From Eledone cirrhosa (lineage: Eukaryota), in contig OZ024741.1 of assembly GCA_964016885.1 (NCBI GenBank), forward strand, positions 294,562,001 through 294,626,000: a DNA stretch of 64,000 nt, in the 5' to 3' direction. The notes beneath the pieces are model-generated. The model saw nothing but the letters and a program-made list of their open reading frames with translations, did no database searches and was not told where the DNA came from. Made by a program: the position numbers and the translations under genes. Below, in pieces: positions 63,070 through 64,000 of this stretch. Within the stretch, counting starts at the first letter, position 1, and the number at the start of each line of letters is the position of its first letter.

Positions 63070-63342
63070 ATAGCATAATGGTAAGCGTGTTGGACTTACA
63101 AGCATAATGTAGTGGGTTTGATTTCTGGACTGGGTTGTGTGTTGTGTTCTTGAGCAAAACACTTCATTTGACATTGCTCCAATATAGTCAGCTGCAAATT
63201 AGTACCACCAATTGTTGGAGGCTGTAATCCTGTGATGGACTGACATCCTGTCCAAGGGTGAGTGTTGTACTCTCAGTCACTTCGCATCTCAGAAACCAGG
63301 ATAAATTCTGGCCTAATATCCACTGGTCTTGAGAGAGACTTT
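63070..63342 (+). mobile_element. SINE family B with V-domain-like tail
   Basis: Homologous to 9805-10082; CCTGTGATGGACTGACATCCTGTCCAAGGG. Confidence 0.7.
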
Positions 63343-64000
63343 TGGTGTTGTTTTAGATATGGAGTTGTGAGCATACATTGACATCCTCTCAACTCTTCCA
63401 TCTTTCATCCAGCAGAAACTTTAGGATATAACAGATTGAGAGAGGGGGGGGACAGCACCAGCACTGGGTTAGTACTTGCTTTATTGAACTCAAATGGATA
63501 AAAACCAAAGTAGACCTTTGTGGAGTTTGAATGCAGAGTACAGACACCAGTCCAACACTGTAACAACTCTGACAAATTGACCTTATCGGATGTATGAGCA
63601 CTAATGTCAAAACTGCTTTCAGAGATTTAACCCAGGTTAAAAGACTTAAGAACAAAGGTGTTCCAATTGTAACCCTGCTCCTATGCCATTCAGTCGTTTC
63701 TTTTCAGACATCTAGGATTACAATATTTAATGTGACCTTCCTATTTTGAGATGTTAGTGTGCAATTTGGGAGAGATTTGGCAGTTATTTCCAGTAAGTCT
63801 AGTGTACATAAAAGTTTAATAATGATGATAATGGTGGTTATAAATCCCTAAACAATTAGAAGTGAACTAAATTCTGAATATATTTAATAGTGTTGTGAAC
63901 TTAAAAAGGTTAATTCATAAGTTCATTGAATTTTTTCTCACATCTGATATTTTCATTTCCTTTTTCATTCATGTTTAGATCTTAAACATTTTTTTCTTTT

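Overview
Eukaryotic, AT-rich, microsatellite-dense DNA, almost entirely transposable elements and simple repeats. The repeat inventory is consistent with a cephalopod (octopus) genome; this is an inference. No host protein-coding gene could be supported. Main contents: (1) RTE-clade LINEs, including a near-complete copy (58.4-61.9 kb, uninterrupted APE-RT ORF with an inserted PHD-like finger) and several truncated copies; (2) a Tx1/L1-like LINE (12.2-16.7 kb) and an old fragment of it; (3) an R4/Dong-like 3' end sitting in (TAA)n; (4) two tRNA-derived SINE families with swappable tails, one ending in RTE 3' sequence and one ending like the Tx1-like LINE; (5) a foldback Helitron-like unit (40.4-43.7 kb) with a palindromic 27-bp minisatellite and a PIF1 helicase pseudogene; (6) DNA-transposon MITEs. 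The most notable signal is a cluster of Penelope-like element remnants carrying at least six type I hammerhead ribozyme folds read by eye. One is fully canonical (23.0 kb, minus strand), and others have recurrent core variants (CCGANGA twice, UUGAUAA). There are also several palindromes built from half-hammerheads. Repeat boundaries were estimated by eye and may be off by tens of bases.
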